Counted from the first letter of the stretch, positions 1 through 9,240 are shown. The stretch is DNA of 48,853 nucleotides from Gammaproteobacteria bacterium (GCA_029287435.1 JARFRD010000118.1:1-48853); one strand, 5' to 3'. Translations and numbers: made by a program. The notes: a model not told the origin generated them from the letters alone.

Positions 1-200
1 CCGACGGCGCCAGTGCCACACAAACTCGCCCGCAACCAATTTGACCCCCCCCACCGCGCCCCGACTGGCTAAACCAAGCATCTCTGCTGTCACCGATAGC
101 GACGCGGAAACCTACCTTATTGGCCAGGTAGTGCATCGCCGTGACGATCCTGCGCTGCCCCGAAGGGCGCCACATGACACACAAAAACAACTCGGCGCCC

Positions 201-217
201 CCGCGCCTCTGCGGTAA
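201..217. repeat. Single arm of a dispersed inverted-repeat family (CCGCGCCTCTGCGGTAA)
   Basis: Reverse complement TTACCGCAGAGGCGCGG matches 15/17 to the arm at 31185-31201; lies just downstream of yggT. Confidence 0.5.
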
Positions 218-249
218 ATCCATTTTTTATGCGTTCAGAAGGTGCGGGA

Positions 250-801
250 CTATATCAGTGAGAACAAGTAATTCACCAGTCTCTCGGTAAACATCAGTGC
301 GATCAAGGCAAACAACGGTGACAGGTCGAGACCGCCGATTGGCTTGATCAGGCTACGGAAAGGCCGCAATACCGGGTAGGTAATGCTGTGCAGGATGCCC
401 GATACCGGGTTATAGGGATCAGGATTCACCCAGCTTAAAATGGCTTGCACGATAATCGCGAAGATAAAGATATTCAGCGCCAGGCTGATGAAATCGCGTA
501 TGCCGGTCAACAGCAGTGCCAGTATTGATGGTGAATAGCCCTGCAACATAACCACGACCCAGACCTTGAACGCGATAAAAACGATCACAACAATAATGGT
601 CGCGAGATCGATGCCGCCAACCCCGGGGATAATGCGGCGAACCGGATTCAGTACAGGGGATGTGGCCTTTACGATGAACTGTGAAATCGGGTTATAAAAA
701 TCTGCGCGTACCTGCTGCAGAATGAAGCGCAACATCAACACGACGATATAGAGGTCGAGCAGGGTTTCGATCAGGAAAATAATCGGGTTTTCTTGTCTCA
801 T
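250..801 (-). CDS. yggT: YggT family integral membrane protein
   Basis: 183 aa, two YGGT repeats (ADFYNPISQF...GGIDLA; SWVNPDPYNP...GGLDLSP), downstream of proC. Confidence 0.93.
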   Translation of the reverse strand: MRQENPIIFLIETLLDLYIVVLMLRFILQQVRADFYNPISQFIVKATSPVLNPVRRIIPGVGGIDLATIIVVIVFIAFKVWVVVMLQGYSPSILALLLTGIRDFISLALNIFIFAIIVQAILSWVNPDPYNPVSGILHSITYPVLRPFRSLIKPIGGLDLSPLFALIALMFTERLVNYLFSLI

Positions 802-834
802 ATTTCTTGGTTATCTTTCGGGTGTTTGCCGGGA

Positions 835-1662
835 TTACTCGTTGTCCTGGCCAAGTTCTTCAGCCAGTTCAGCAGAGCGATTATAGGCAGCGCGCAGTGC
901 TTCCGAAACGATTTCGTTAAAGCCGTTTGCCTCGAAGCTGGCTAACGCGGCTGCGGTGGTACCGCCTTTCGATGTTACACGAGCGCGCAGTTCGGCAGGA
1001 CTGACATCGCTTTCATGTGCCATGCGCGCCGCACCCAGCGCCGTCTGCAGGCTGAGTTGTTTTGCGGTATCACTGTCCAGTCCAAGCTCGATCCCTGCTG
1101 TCTGCATGGCTTCCATCAACAGGAAAAAATAAGCAGGGCCGCTACCGGATAGTGCAGTGACAGCATCGAGCAGCGTCTCGTCATCAACCCAGGTGGTGAT
1201 GCCGGCTGCCTGCAGTATGTCTTCAGCCTGTTTTGACTGTTCTTCAGTGACGGCAGTGTTGGCGTACAACGCTGTGGCGCCGTATTGTAGCAGCGCCGGC
1301 GTGTTTGGCATGCAGCGTACAATCGCTGCGTTACCGCCCAGCCAGCGCTCGATACTGTTGCTGCGAATTCCTGCTGCGATCGATACATACAAGGGTCCGG
1401 CGGCATCTTCAGCATTTGCCAGCTCACGGCACACCACCTGCAAAACCTGGGGTTTGACTGCAAGCACAACGACATCATATGTGAGCACATCCAGGTTGTT
1501 TGCGCTGGTGTTGATCCCAAACTGTTGTGACAGGTTCTGGCGCTGATCATCCGATGGCTCGGCAACCAGGATGCTTTCAGGCGGGGTGCCTGCAGCAAGC
1601 ATGCCGCCAATCAGGCTGGACGCCATGTTGCCGCCGCCAATGAATGCAATGGATGGGTTCAT
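835..1662 (-). CDS. proC: Pyrroline-5-carboxylate reductase
   Basis: IAFIGGGNMA Rossmann motif, LAVKPQ, RCMPNTP, SGSGPAY, VTSKGGTT. Confidence 0.97.
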   Translation of the reverse strand: MNPSIAFIGGGNMASSLIGGMLAAGTPPESILVAEPSDDQRQNLSQQFGINTSANNLDVLTYDVVVLAVKPQVLQVVCRELANAEDAAGPLYVSIAAGIRSNSIERWLGGNAAIVRCMPNTPALLQYGATALYANTAVTEEQSKQAEDILQAAGITTWVDDETLLDAVTALSGSGPAYFFLLMEAMQTAGIELGLDSDTAKQLSLQTALGAARMAHESDVSPAELRARVTSKGGTTAAALASFEANGFNEIVSEALRAAYNRSAELAEELGQDNE

Positions 1663-1807
1663 GATGCTGGTAAGTATCGAATTCGCATTTCGGCGAAGTC
1701 TATCATAGCTGCCGACAGAGCTGAGTAGAGTGCTTGTTACGTCGCAATGACAGTTGGCTACAGCAGAGGATTTTTTTCCACAAACAGATGAAGGCCGTCA
1801 AATTATT

Positions 1808-1830
1808 GACTATAACTTGGACTATAACTT
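1808..1830 (+). promoter_or_regulatory. Tandem direct repeat GACTATAACTT x2 in the proC/pilT divergent promoter
   Basis: Exact 11-bp copies at 1808-1818 and 1820-1830; related GACTATACTT at 2991-3000 before pilU. Confidence 0.45.
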
Positions 1831-1890
1831 CAAAATAATCTGTCCTGGCTTAACGCCGGGCAAAAAAAATTCCGACTATCAGGGGGAATA

Positions 1891-2925
1891 ATGGATATTG
1901 CGCAGCTGCTTGCCTTCAGCGTCAAGAATGGCGCGTCTGACTTGCACTTATCGGCCGGCTTGCCACCGATGATTCGTGTGGATGGTGATGTACGTCGTAT
2001 CAATGTTGATCCGATGGATCATGAAGTCGTTCATGGCATGGTGTACGACATCATGAACGACAAACAGCGCAAGGCATACGAAGAATACTTCGAGACAGAT
2101 TTCTCATTCGAAATCCCGGGCCTGGCACGTTTTCGTGTTAACGCGTTTAACCATAACCGTGGTTCCGGTGCCGTATTTCGTACCATTCCCTCAAAAATTC
2201 TGACCCTCGAAGAACTCAAGGCACCGAAAATATTTGAAGATATTTCCAATACGCCGCGTGGCATCGTGCTGGTAACCGGACCGACCGGTTCGGGTAAATC
2301 GACCACGCTTGCGGGCATGGTCAACTACGTCAATGAAAACCACTATGGCCACGTGTTGACGATTGAGGATCCGATCGAATTTGTGCACGAAAGTAAGAAA
2401 TGCCTGATCAACCAGCGTGAGGTGCACCGCGATACCCTGGGATTCAGTGAAGCACTGCGATCAGCGCTGCGTGAAGACCCTGACGTTATCCTCGTGGGTG
2501 AGATGCGTGACCTTGAAACCATCCGACTGGCACTGTCAGCTGCAGAAACCGGTCACCTGGTATTCGGTACCCTGCATACCAGCTCGGCTGCAAAAACCAT
2601 CGACCGTGTGGTCGACGTGTTCCCGGCAGCAGAAAAAGAAATGGTGCGTTCGATGATGTCCGAGTCCCTGCGTGCGGTAATTTCGCAAACCCTGCTGAAG
2701 AAGATCGGTGGTGGGCGTGTGGCGGCGCACGAGATTATGATCGGTACACCCGCGATTCGTAACCTGATTCGTGAAAACAAGATTGCGCAGATGTACTCTG
2801 CCATCCAGACAGGCCAGTCTATCGGTATGCAGACACTCGACCAGAATCTGCAGGAACTGCTGGCCAAGGGCCTGGTAAGCAAGGATGAAGCGATGAAGAA
2901 GGCGGCCAATAAGGAAGCTTTCTAG
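1891..2925 (+). CDS. pilT: Type IV pilus retraction ATPase PilT
   Basis: 344 aa, Walker A GPTGSGKS, TIEDPIE, LREDPDVILVGEMRD, GTLHT, PilT-specific AIRNLIRE; RBS GGGGA. Confidence 0.98.
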   Translation: MDIAQLLAFSVKNGASDLHLSAGLPPMIRVDGDVRRINVDPMDHEVVHGMVYDIMNDKQRKAYEEYFETDFSFEIPGLARFRVNAFNHNRGSGAVFRTIPSKILTLEELKAPKIFEDISNTPRGIVLVTGPTGSGKSTTLAGMVNYVNENHYGHVLTIEDPIEFVHESKKCLINQREVHRDTLGFSEALRSALREDPDVILVGEMRDLETIRLALSAAETGHLVFGTLHTSSAAKTIDRVVDVFPAAEKEMVRSMMSESLRAVISQTLLKKIGGGRVAAHEIMIGTPAIRNLIRENKIAQMYSAIQTGQSIGMQTLDQNLQELLAKGLVSKDEAMKKAANKEAF

Positions 2926-3036
2926 GCTGAAAAGCCGGTAAGAATTGGAAAATTAAAGCATTCCTAAACCATAGCAAAGCCATGGCTTGGGACTATACTT
3001 ATAAAGTTACATAAAAATAATAAGAGGTGATCTTAG

Positions 3037-4206
3037 ATGGATCGCGATAAGGCCATACGGTACATGCATGATCTGCTGCGCATGATGGTGCAGAAAGACG
3101 GCTCTGACCTTTTTATTACTGCCGGCGCCGTACCGTCGATGAAAGTGGACGGCAAAATGTCACCGCTTTCAAACCAGGCGCTGAGTCCTCAGCATACACA
3201 GGTGCTGGTGCGTTCAATTATGAACGACAAGCAGCAGGCTGAATTTGAGGCCTCGCAGGAGTGTAACTTTGCTATCAGCCTGCCCGGTGTTTCCCGATTC
3301 CGTGTGAATGCATTTACCCAGCGCGGCTCTGTCGGCGTTGTGCTTCGTGTTATTCGCTCAGATATCCCTGAATTTGCTGATCTGGATCTGCCGCCGATTT
3401 TGCAGGATGTATCCATGACAGCGCGTGGCCTGGTCATCTTCGTAGGTGCAACCGGCTCCGGTAAATCAACATCGCTGGCAGCGATGGTTGGTTACCGTAA
3501 TGAAAACAGCAAGGGCCATATTATTACCATCGAAGACCCGATCGAATTTATTCATAATCACAAGAACTGTATTGTTACCCAACGCGAGGTAGGGGTTGAC
3601 ACTGACTCATACGAGATCGCGCTGAAGAATACCTTGCGTCAGGCACCTGATGTCATCCTGATTGGTGAGATTCGTGACCGTGAAACCATGGAGTACGCGA
3701 TTGCGTTTGCTGAAACCGGTCACCTGTGCCTGTCCACACTGCACGCTAACAGTACTAACCAGGCGCTGGACCGTATTATCAACTTTTTCCCTGAAGAGCG
3801 TCGTGCGCAGTTGTTGATGGATTTGTCATTGAACCTCAAGGGCATTATCTCGCAGCGTCTTATTCCCAAGGCAGATGGTGAGGGTCGCGTAGCGGCCGTT
3901 GAAGTAATGTTGAACACGCCTTTGATGTCAGACCTGATCTTCAAGGGTAATGTACACGAGATTAAGGAACTGATTGGCAAGTCTAACGAGCTTGGGATGC
4001 AGACCTTTGACCAGGCCCTGTTTGGTTTGTACGAATCCGGGCGTATCACCTATGAAGATGCGTTGCGTAACGCTGATTCACTCAACGACCTGCGTCTTCG
4101 CATCAAGCTTGAAAGTAAGGACTCGAAGAAAGAGGACCTTATGGACGGGCTGGATAAACTTACAATGGAAGACCATGGAGATTCCAATACCAGCATCATG
4201 CGCTAA
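3037..4206 (+). CDS. pilU: Type IV pilus retraction ATPase PilU
   Basis: GSDLFITAG, GATGSGKSTSLAAM, LRQAPDVILIGEIRD, NQALDRIINFFP; follows pilT. Confidence 0.96.
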   Translation: MDRDKAIRYMHDLLRMMVQKDGSDLFITAGAVPSMKVDGKMSPLSNQALSPQHTQVLVRSIMNDKQQAEFEASQECNFAISLPGVSRFRVNAFTQRGSVGVVLRVIRSDIPEFADLDLPPILQDVSMTARGLVIFVGATGSGKSTSLAAMVGYRNENSKGHIITIEDPIEFIHNHKNCIVTQREVGVDTDSYEIALKNTLRQAPDVILIGEIRDRETMEYAIAFAETGHLCLSTLHANSTNQALDRIINFFPEERRAQLLMDLSLNLKGIISQRLIPKADGEGRVAAVEVMLNTPLMSDLIFKGNVHEIKELIGKSNELGMQTFDQALFGLYESGRITYEDALRNADSLNDLRLRIKLESKDSKKEDLMDGLDKLTMEDHGDSNTSIMR

Positions 4207-4239
4207 GCAATGCTGAATATTGGACGGGCGGATTAAGCC

Positions 4240-5382
4240 ATGAACTTACAGCCATATCTGAAACTGATGTCGGAGCAGCATGCGTCCGATTTGTATTTTA
4301 CGACGGGCGCTCCGGTGAGCGTGCGTATTGAAGGCAAGATGCGGCCTGTTGGCAAAAGCATGTTGTCACCCGGTATGACGCGCAAGCTTGCTTATGACCT
4401 GCTGTCGCCGGCGCAGATCAAGGACTTCGAGAGGAATCTCGAATTCAACATGGGCATGTCCTATACCGATCTTGGTCGTTTCCGTGTAAACATGTATATG
4501 CAGCGCGGCGAAGTATCAATGGTGATTCGATACATCAAGGCAGATATTCCTTCGGTAGAAGAACTGGCGTTACCTGATGTCTACAAGGACATCATGAAGA
4601 AAAAGAAAGGCCTTGTTATGGTTGTTGGTGCTACCGGCACCGGTAAATCGACATCACTGGCCTCGATGCTGGATTATCGCAACGAGCTCGATACCGGTCA
4701 TATCCTGACCATCGAAGATCCGATTGAATTCATGTTTCACCACAAGAAGTGCATCATCGGTCAGCGCGAAGTAGGGCTGGATACACTGTCTTTTGATAAT
4801 GCATTGTGTGAGGCCATGCGCGAAGCACCGGATGTAATCATGATTGGCGAAGCGCGTGATCGTATGACCATCGAATCGGCGTTGCGTTATGCAGACACCG
4901 GTCATCTATGTCTGACAACATTGCATGCAACCAATGCTAACCAGACACTTGATCGCATACTTAACTTCTTCCCGAGTGATGCACATAACCAGATTCTGAT
5001 GGACCTGTCACTCAATCTGAATGCGGTTCTTGCGCAGCGCCTTGTAACATCAGCTGATGGCACACATCGCGTGGTTGCCTGTGAGGCGATGATTAACACG
5101 CCCTATATAAGCCAGCTAATTCGCGATGGCAATTTCCATGGCATCAAGGAGATCATGGAAAAAGGCTCTGATGTCGGCATGCAAACCTTTGACCAGTCAC
5201 TGTATATCCTTTACAAAGAAGGCAAAATTGATCTTAAAACAGCACTCGCCAATGCTGATTCAAGCAGTGATCTTGAATGGCGAATTAACTTTGGTGGTGG
5301 TGTTAAGAATCTTGAAGGCAAGGAAAAAGAGTCGGAAGCACTTCAGTTTCCCAGCGCCTCGACCGATCTGAACAAGTCCTGA
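4240..5382 (+). CDS. Second PilU-like (PilT/PilU family) ATPase
   Basis: GATGTGKSTSLASM, TIEDPIE, MREAPDVIMIGEARD, NQTLDRILNFFP; paralogous to the adjacent PilU. Confidence 0.9.
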   Translation: MNLQPYLKLMSEQHASDLYFTTGAPVSVRIEGKMRPVGKSMLSPGMTRKLAYDLLSPAQIKDFERNLEFNMGMSYTDLGRFRVNMYMQRGEVSMVIRYIKADIPSVEELALPDVYKDIMKKKKGLVMVVGATGTGKSTSLASMLDYRNELDTGHILTIEDPIEFMFHHKKCIIGQREVGLDTLSFDNALCEAMREAPDVIMIGEARDRMTIESALRYADTGHLCLTTLHATNANQTLDRILNFFPSDAHNQILMDLSLNLNAVLAQRLVTSADGTHRVVACEAMINTPYISQLIRDGNFHGIKEIMEKGSDVGMQTFDQSLYILYKEGKIDLKTALANADSSSDLEWRINFGGGVKNLEGKEKESEALQFPSASTDLNKS

Positions 5383-5460
5383 CAGGCTTATCCAGTCTGC
5401 TCTCGTGCTTTCTCGCAGTAGAAAGCTGTTGTTGTCGTAAGTATCAGTTATGATCATGTC

Positions 5461-6195
5461 ATGAAGCTGATACCTCATCATCAATTATTGCTGATACTGG
5501 GTTCCTTGTATTTAATATGGTGGCTGTTTCTGGCCATCAATCCACATGACAGGGCAGACTGGGCACTGGAAAATGTACTCGTGCTGCTTTTTGTTGTCTT
5601 GCTCGTTTCTACCTACAGACGTTTTCCACTATCACGAATTTCCTATACATTAATTTTTATATTCATGTGCCTGCACTCGGTCGGCGCATATTACACGTAT
5701 GCGCTTGTGCCATACGATGTGTGGTTTCAAATGTACCTGGGTTTCAGTCTTGATGAGCTAATGGGGTTCGAGCGTAATCATTTTGATCGGCTTGTGCATT
5801 TTTGCTATGGCCTGTTGCTGGCTTATCCTATTCGAGAATTCTTTATACGAGTGGTTGATGTAAAGGGTTTCTGGGCCTACTTCCTGCCGCTTGATCTAAC
5901 CATGTCAACATCAATGATGTTCGAACTGTTTGAGTGGGGTGCAGCTGAGCTGTTTGGTGGTGACCTCGGTGTTGCCTACCTGGGCACGCAAGGTGATGTA
6001 TGGGATGCACACAGGGATATGGCGCTCGCCAGTCTGGGTGCACTTGTTGCGATGTCTCTCACAGCATTGCTTAATTCCAGAATACAGAGGGACTTTGCCA
6101 GGGAATGGAACGAAAGCTTGCGTATAAAAGGTAAAGAGCCGCTAGGAGAGGAAGCTATTCTGAAAATGGTTAAAGGGCGAGATCGTGATAGCTAG
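5461..6195 (+). CDS. DUF2238/YjdF-family inner membrane protein
   Basis: DRADWALEN, GAYYTYALVP, RNHFDRLVHF, YLGTQGDVWDAHRDM motifs; several hydrophobic segments. Confidence 0.85.
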   Translation: MKLIPHHQLLLILGSLYLIWWLFLAINPHDRADWALENVLVLLFVVLLVSTYRRFPLSRISYTLIFIFMCLHSVGAYYTYALVPYDVWFQMYLGFSLDELMGFERNHFDRLVHFCYGLLLAYPIREFFIRVVDVKGFWAYFLPLDLTMSTSMMFELFEWGAAELFGGDLGVAYLGTQGDVWDAHRDMALASLGALVAMSLTALLNSRIQRDFAREWNESLRIKGKEPLGEEAILKMVKGRDRDS

Positions 6196-6221
6196 TCTAT
6201 TGTTTGTATTGAGCTTATGCC

Positions 6222-6253
6222 TGACGTTCGCTAACGGCCTATAGCGAATATTC
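6222..6253 (+). repeat. Cassette-boundary palindromic site R1
   Basis: TGAC-GTTCGCTA-ACGGCCTA-TAGCGAAT-ATTC; TTCGCTA/TAGCGAA arms around an 8-nt core, shortly after the DUF2238 stop. Confidence 0.7.
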
Positions 6254-6338
6254 GATAGATTGTTGATAATACAATTTTAAGCTGTTTCACTAGATACTGA
6301 GGCTGACTGAGTTATGCTGCAAGAAGTCAACGAGATTA

Positions 6339-7382
6339 ATGACGTCGCACTCTAGTTCACTTGCTAATTTGGGCTGGCAAGCTTTTTTTCAGCAGCAGCT
6401 CTCGCTGGATGAGTGGGATGGCGCTATTCCTGCAAGAGTTGTTGAGCAGTCTAAGTCTGAAATAACCGTAGCCACAGAGTCTGGTGTTTTCAATATTCCT
6501 TTATTAGCGACAATGCCTGAAATGGTTGTAGGTGACTGGCTATTGTTAGATAACCAGCAACGGATAATACGCCAGCTTGAACGTAAAACCTGTTTTTCCA
6601 GAAAAGCTGCAGGCAGTAAATTAAAGAGGCAGCTGATATCTGCCAATGTTGATACGGCTTTCATTGTCTCTTCAATGAATGATGACTTTAATCTGAACAG
6701 GATTGAGCGTTTTCTTTCTCTGGTGAATGAGTCAGGCGCAGAACCGGTCGTATTGTTAAGTAAAAGCGATCAATCAGAAACACCTCAAAGCTTTGTTGAA
6801 AAGGTTCAGGCTCTGGATCCGTTCCTGGTGGTTGAATCCATTAACTGTCTGGATGAAACAAGTGTCAGTAAACTATCTCCCTGGTTAAAACAAGGAACTA
6901 CTATAGCTGTGTTGGGCTCTTCGGGTGTGGGAAAAACTACGCTGATTAATACACTGCTCGGGGAACAAAGGCTTGGCACAGGAGATATAAGAGAAGATGA
7001 TGACAAGGGACGACATACTACAACGCGGCGTTCGCTAATTTCTTTAGGAGAGCGAGGGATTATTTTGGATAATCCCGGGATGCGGGAAATTCAAATAGCT
7101 GATTGCAAGGAAGGTATCGCAACTACATTTGCCGATATTGAAGCGTATGCAGAACAATGTAAGTTTAGTGACTGTAAGCATCAGACCGAACCTGGCTGCG
7201 CGGTTCAACAGGCCATTGTCTCCGGGGAGTTAGGCCAGAGACGTTTAGATAACTATCTCAAGTTACTGCGAGAGGAAGAATTTAATTCAGCCACTCTTGC
7301 TGAGCGCCGGGCCAGTGATAAAGCCCTGGGCAAGTACTACAAGCAAACACTATCAGAAGCTCACAAACTAAAAGGTAGATAA
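6339..7382 (+). CDS. rsgA: RsgA-family circularly permuted GTPase (long, accessory-type copy)
   Basis: G4 SKSD before G1 GSSGVGKT, GRHTTTRR, G3 DNPG, Zn finger CKFSDCKHQTEPGC. Confidence 0.9.
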   Translation: MTSHSSSLANLGWQAFFQQQLSLDEWDGAIPARVVEQSKSEITVATESGVFNIPLLATMPEMVVGDWLLLDNQQRIIRQLERKTCFSRKAAGSKLKRQLISANVDTAFIVSSMNDDFNLNRIERFLSLVNESGAEPVVLLSKSDQSETPQSFVEKVQALDPFLVVESINCLDETSVSKLSPWLKQGTTIAVLGSSGVGKTTLINTLLGEQRLGTGDIREDDDKGRHTTTRRSLISLGERGIILDNPGMREIQIADCKEGIATTFADIEAYAEQCKFSDCKHQTEPGCAVQQAIVSGELGQRRLDNYLKLLREEEFNSATLAERRASDKALGKYYKQTLSEAHKLKGR

Positions 7383-7385
7383 CAT

Positions 7386-7417
7386 GAAGGTCTGCTTTGG
7401 GTCTTAACCCGAGTGAG
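7386..7417 (+). repeat. Cassette-boundary palindromic site R2 (degenerate right arm)
   Basis: GAAG-GTCTGCTT-TGGGTCTT-AACCCGAG-TGAG, 3 nt after the rsgA stop. Confidence 0.55.
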
Positions 7418-7427
7418 AGAGAATATC

Positions 7428-8243
7428 ATGCAGAAAACCATTCTGGTTACAGGTTCAACCGACGGCATCGGATTGGAAACGGCAAAAATACTGGTGTCGA
7501 TGGGGCATCATGTTCTGTTACATGGGCGTAATCCGGCAAAGCTTGAGCAAGTGGAAAATGCACTTTCAGCGTTAGCGAATAACGGGCGCGTTGAAAGCTA
7601 CATGGCAGACCTGTCGCGCATGGCTGATGTAGAGACACTGGCGCAGGCGATAACTGAACGGCACAACCAGCTTGATGTACTGATCAATAATGCGGGAGTC
7701 TTTAAAACGCCCGATGCCATCACGCAAGACGGGCTGGATGTACGGTTCGCGGTCAATACACTTGCGCCCTGTCTGCTGACTAAACGACTTTTACCGCTGT
7801 TTGGGTCTTCTGCACGTATAATCAACCTTTCTTCCGCTGCCCAGTCTCCGGTAAATACGGAAGCGCTGATGGGCCGGGTCAGATTGTCTGACGACCTGGA
7901 GGCATACGCGCAGAGCAAACTGGCGATTACCATGTGGTCTCGTCATATGGCGCTTATGCTCAAAGAGAACGCTCCGGCCTTCATTGCAGTCAATCCTGGG
8001 TCGCTGCTCGGCACAAAAATGGTCAAAGAGGGCTTTGGTATGGTTGGCAAAGATATCGGCATCGGTGCAGATATACTCATCCGCGCTTCACTGTCTGATG
8101 AATTCGAAACGGCATCCGGGCAATATTTCGACAACGATTCGGGCAGTTTTGTGTCACCTCACCGTGATGCGCTTGATCCACAAAAAACTGAAGAAGTTGT
8201 CCGAGCTATCGAGACCGTCCTGGATGACATAACAAGTGTATAG
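7428..8243 (+). CDS. Short-chain dehydrogenase/reductase (SDR)
   Basis: TGSTDGIG, NNAG, catalytic YAQSK; ATG 7428 preferred over GTG 7413, which lies inside site R2. Confidence 0.9.
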   Translation: MQKTILVTGSTDGIGLETAKILVSMGHHVLLHGRNPAKLEQVENALSALANNGRVESYMADLSRMADVETLAQAITERHNQLDVLINNAGVFKTPDAITQDGLDVRFAVNTLAPCLLTKRLLPLFGSSARIINLSSAAQSPVNTEALMGRVRLSDDLEAYAQSKLAITMWSRHMALMLKENAPAFIAVNPGSLLGTKMVKEGFGMVGKDIGIGADILIRASLSDEFETASGQYFDNDSGSFVSPHRDALDPQKTEEVVRAIETVLDDITSV

Positions 8244-8245
8244 CT

Positions 8246-8277
8246 GAGTGTCTGTTATCGGCCAATAGCGGACGTCC
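8246..8277 (+). repeat. Cassette-boundary palindromic site R3
   Basis: GAGT-GTCTGTTA-TCGGCCAA-TAGCGGAC-GTCC, 2 nt after the SDR stop. Confidence 0.75.
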
Positions 8278-8340
8278 AACGTTTGAGTTAAGTGACCTTG
8301 TTATGTGATGATTCAAAACGTCCTAACGTGAGGGATACGA

Positions 8341-8547
8341 TCAGAGAGGCACAACCTTGTTTGCACACGGTCCCTTTTCACTTTGTCCTATTTCGTATTC
8401 TACTTTCTGGCCATCACTGAGCGTCGCATAACTGCCACCACTCTGGATTTCAGTATGATGAACGAACAGATCTTTTCCCCCATCGTCTGGAGTGATGAAA
8501 CCGAAACCTTTGTCTGGATTGAACCACTTTACTGTACCTGTACTCAT
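8341..8547 (-). CDS. Cold-shock domain protein (CspA family)
   Basis: 68 aa, GTVKWFN, RNP1 KGFGFI, RNP2 LFVHH; RBS GAGGA. Confidence 0.96.
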   Translation of the reverse strand: MSTGTVKWFNPDKGFGFITPDDGGKDLFVHHTEIQSGGSYATLSDGQKVEYEIGQSEKGPCANKVVPL

Positions 8548-8690
8548 GTCGTATTTTTCCTCGTTATACTAATATTAATTAAACTACTGTGCTCTGACTT
8601 TATTACAGAATTATTTATCAACATGCATCATAACTGAAATGCGCTAATCATTCTTCGATACATAACATTAGAACTGTGGGGTATTCATAC

Positions 8691-8722
8691 GACTGACCGC
8701 TATCGGCCAGAAGCGGCCGTTC
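8691..8722 (+). repeat. Cassette-boundary palindromic site R4
   Basis: GACT-GACCGCTA-TCGGCCAG-AAGCGGCC-GTTC; core matches R3 at 7/8. Confidence 0.75.
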
Positions 8723-8724
8723 AG

Positions 8725-8795
8725 AAACCGTGGTCTGTCCCCGGTTATTCGTCCCCGGTTATTCCGTGGTCTGTCCCCGGTTATTCCGGTTATTC
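8725..8795. repeat. Nested tandem repeats of CCGTGGTCTGTCCCCGGTTATTC
   Basis: Four head-to-tail copies of 23, 14, 22 and 9 nt, all ending in CGGTTATTC. Confidence 0.9.
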
Positions 8796-8809
8796 GCGGG
8801 AAAATAACT

Positions 8810-8841
8810 GGATGATCACTATAAATCGGAAGCCACTGTAT
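8810..8841 (+). repeat. Possible degenerate boundary site R5
   Basis: GGAT-GATCACTA-TAAATCGG-AAGCCACT-GTAT; same spacing as R1-R4 but weak identity. Confidence 0.3.
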
Positions 8842-9034
8842 AGCAATAGAATGATTGCATTTCGATACTTCGGCGCAACCAGGCCGACGCATGAATTTGC
8901 TGGACAAAGCAGGTGTATCTACCAGATTTCTTGAGAATATGTCTGGCATCATGTAATTGGAGGATTTGTTATTGCAATAGAATCTTATACGCAATAAGCC
9001 TTCACGCTTATAGATATTTAAACAAAAATCCCTG

Positions 9035-9148
9035 TTATTTTCCTCTGTTATCCTGCGTTTCCTGATGAGAACGAGTTAAATAAATTACGATAAAAGATAA
9101 ACCAACTGCAACTGTCATAACCGAATATGTCAATGTATCTAAAATCAT
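9035..9148 (-). CDS. Putative 37-aa single-pass membrane small protein
   Basis: MILDTLTYSVMTVAVGLSFIVIYLTRSHQETQDNRGK; TAAGGT RBS 8 nt upstream; below the ORF-track cutoff. Confidence 0.55.
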   Translation of the reverse strand: MILDTLTYSVMTVAVGLSFIVIYLTRSHQETQDNRGK

Positions 9149-9240
9149 TTGTACATACCTTAATTTGATTTAAATAAAACTTAAAATGCTTTTTAATATT
9201 AACTACCTGTATGTAAAACGTATCAAAACACCCTCAATTG

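Noticed and set aside
1-190. C-rich contig start with an open minus-strand frame (ATG near 175) and a small UUCG-loop hairpin
   Set aside because: No recognisable protein or RNA family; composition differs from the rest and may be a low-quality read end
5391-5425. GTCTGCTC after the pilU2 stop as a possible left-most cassette site
   Set aside because: Only the left arm resembles the consensus; core and right arm do not fit
8668-8994. 108-aa minus-strand ORF with a repeated ITGDRPR
   Set aside because: TTG start, no recognisable domain; the repeat is just translation of the DNA repeat and site R4
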